64,000 nt of DNA from Rhodothermales bacterium (lineage in GTDB: Bacteria; Bacteroidota; Rhodothermia; Rhodothermales; VXPQ01): NCBI GenBank assembly GCA_040904565.1, contig JBBDTI010000064.1, positions 39,770 to 103,769 of the forward strand. The letters are read 5' to 3'. The notes below the pieces were generated by a model. That model made no database searches. It saw only the letters and a program-made list of their open reading frames with translations, and was not told where the DNA came from. The position numbers and the translations under genes were made by a program. How positions within the stretch are numbered: position 1 is the first letter of the stretch; each line of letters starts with the position of its first letter. Of this stretch, positions 63,801 to 64,000 are shown piece by piece.

Positions 63801-63927
63801 CTCCAACCTCGTCCTGACGGCTCGCTTTCCCCTATGGGCCGGCCGGCCGCAGCAGACGGATGAGCCGGACCCCGTGGCCTTCCGATGGCTGATAGGCGTC
63901 CAGATGGATGATCTGCCCTGGCACTGA
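60832..63927 (+). CDS. M1 family zinc metallopeptidase with a ~420-aa C-terminal beta-barrel-like extension
   Basis: Signal-like N-terminus MTTSYRIGAYLVLYCLCITASAVGQ. The zinc motif HEAAHMWFYGMIGSNEAHHAWMDEGFANY (HExxH-18-E) has HEAAH at 61894-61908. The extension runs from about 62680 to the stop. Confidence 0.85.
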   Translation: MTTSYRIGAYLVLYCLCITASAVGQVPSDWQQRVHYEMDVKMLADRHQMRGDQTLRYVNHSPDTLSRVFYHLYFNAFQPHSMMAERNRHLPDPDSRIVPRIFNLNPEEIGYHRIESLTQDGTPVDFSIFDTVMEVDLAEPILPGAEAVFEMSFRSQVPLQTRRSGRDNQEGIDYSMSQWYPKMANYDERGWHADPYVGREFYSPFGTFDVRITLPSDYVIGATGVLQNPDAVGHGYAGMSPTSSPADADSLTWHFRAEDVHDFAWAADPDYLHDVLEMENGTKIHLLYQPDVADTWEELHEGAPDMLAFFEKEYGDYLYPQFTIAQAGDGGMEYPMMTFITGRRPTSSLLGVTAHEAAHMWFYGMIGSNEAHHAWMDEGFANYATTEVMAHLQDRPNPSHASSHLAVLQAKHFGLFERMNTRSDWFDTNFGYSIASYAGGQMLVDMLGYVISDSLRDRFFYAYHERFALRHADPYGVETVAEEVSGLRLDWFFEQYVHENWTLDYALDRLRSTRSGQGWQTRVTLRRKGRAAMPADVRLTLADGSVRWVHVPLSVAQGHKPVPDDWLVVEPWAWTVPTYTFEITTDRRVTSAEIDPLLRTPEATRLNNGSSLPIDLHFLQPPGQSWSRYQVGWRPAAGYAHNWGVGGGVQLRGRYLFNRFSTRATLYLWPQVLFSRGEDPAVEPLLPFADPFIQHSAADGIDFDVSIANTFLAGGLVTWRLRSRKHLGILQNDAGVSIVPDPVDLLTGRERRLAVGVRHQQRTSDRSLFNHASEGFLPASIVSAHARLSATSDRARYVLAGETGGELGARGTGRTANRVWADLGWGVPVGPFTASVRVLGGLGDGHLARHKRFRLGSSTFEDRWGNAAYRNVGGALEAPLDDAHWVAFSGPGPVAYLRRPSELTDGATGPIARSNVAAISARLLTPRHNGHRLLRPLRAELFFGAGQTWNGHWASDFDPEEVLADAGIGFRYDLSRLSGIDRWRNQSDLLSNLVLTARFPLWAGRPQQTDEPDPVAFRWLIGVQMDDLPWH

Positions 63928-64000
63928 AGGGCCGTTGATAAACTGCGCAGCTTGGCGTTGCACTCCTCGCCGATCACTGCGGCGTACATGAGTACGCCTC
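63928..64000 (+). repeat. 73-nt repeat element, copy B (runs into the window edge)
   Basis: It starts immediately after the TGA of the M1 peptidase gene and is 69/73 identical to the reverse complement of copy A. Confidence 0.9.

Noticed and set aside
63919-63935. TGGCAC hexamers at 63919 and 18405, considered as possible sigma-54 -24 elements, given the bEBP-family gene in the window.
   Set aside because: Neither is followed by a TTGC -12 element at the required spacing. The first lies inside the end of the M1 peptidase CDS.
59108-64000. Inverted 73-nt repeats considered as terminal inverted repeats of a transposon or composite mobile element.
   Set aside because: There is no transposase, integrase or recombinase between or beside them. 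The enclosed genes (zinc-ribbon/TPR, HU, M1 peptidase) look chromosomal. The repeats abut stop codons rather than forming element termini, and no target-site duplication is visible. I report them as a repeat family instead.

Overview
GC-rich, densely packed bacterial chromosomal segment with about 52 protein genes, almost all housekeeping. The gene content looks Bacteroidota/Rhodothermota-like: DUF2851, DUF4270, a short GT5-only glycogen synthase, DUF3467, an LptD-like OMP, LptF/G and HU. This taxonomic placement is an inference from family content, not a search result. Recognisable blocks are: (1) FAD oxidoreductase, acyl-CoA dehydrogenase, pyrF; (2) glgC, a huge coiled-coil membrane protein, and a short glycogen synthase-DUF4270-OMP-TPR cluster; (3) eno-ftsB-like-ROK glucokinase-LptD-like; (4) sucC, an orphan ABC ATPase, LptF/G, cystathionine beta-synthase, a hybrid histidine kinase, lon, rsgA, topA, ppdK, glutaryl-CoA dehydrogenase, hemW; (5) a complete SUF Fe-S system, with divergent sufA and then sufBCDSE-sufT, followed by an atypical sigma-54-type activator homolog; (6) a VOC protein, a TPM protein, a zinc-ribbon/TPR protein, HU, and a 1030-aa M1 metallopeptidase with a large C-terminal extension. 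I found no rRNA, tRNA, CRISPR array, transposase, integrase or phage genes, and no convincing new multi-gene system such as a defence island or biosynthetic cluster. The points most worth a second look are: (a) a 73-nt repeat family with two 94%-identical inverted copies plus one diverged copy that shows a compensatory stem change; (b) the M1 peptidase fused to an Omp85-like C-terminal region; (c) the activator homolog, which lacks GAFTGA and the Walker-B acidic pair; (d) two pairs of small paralogous proteins of unknown function; (e) unusually frequent short tandem duplications in intergenic spacers, several of which touch start or stop codons. The many long ORFs antisense to real genes are GC-content artefacts. 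All family calls are motif recognition by eye; no database search was run.
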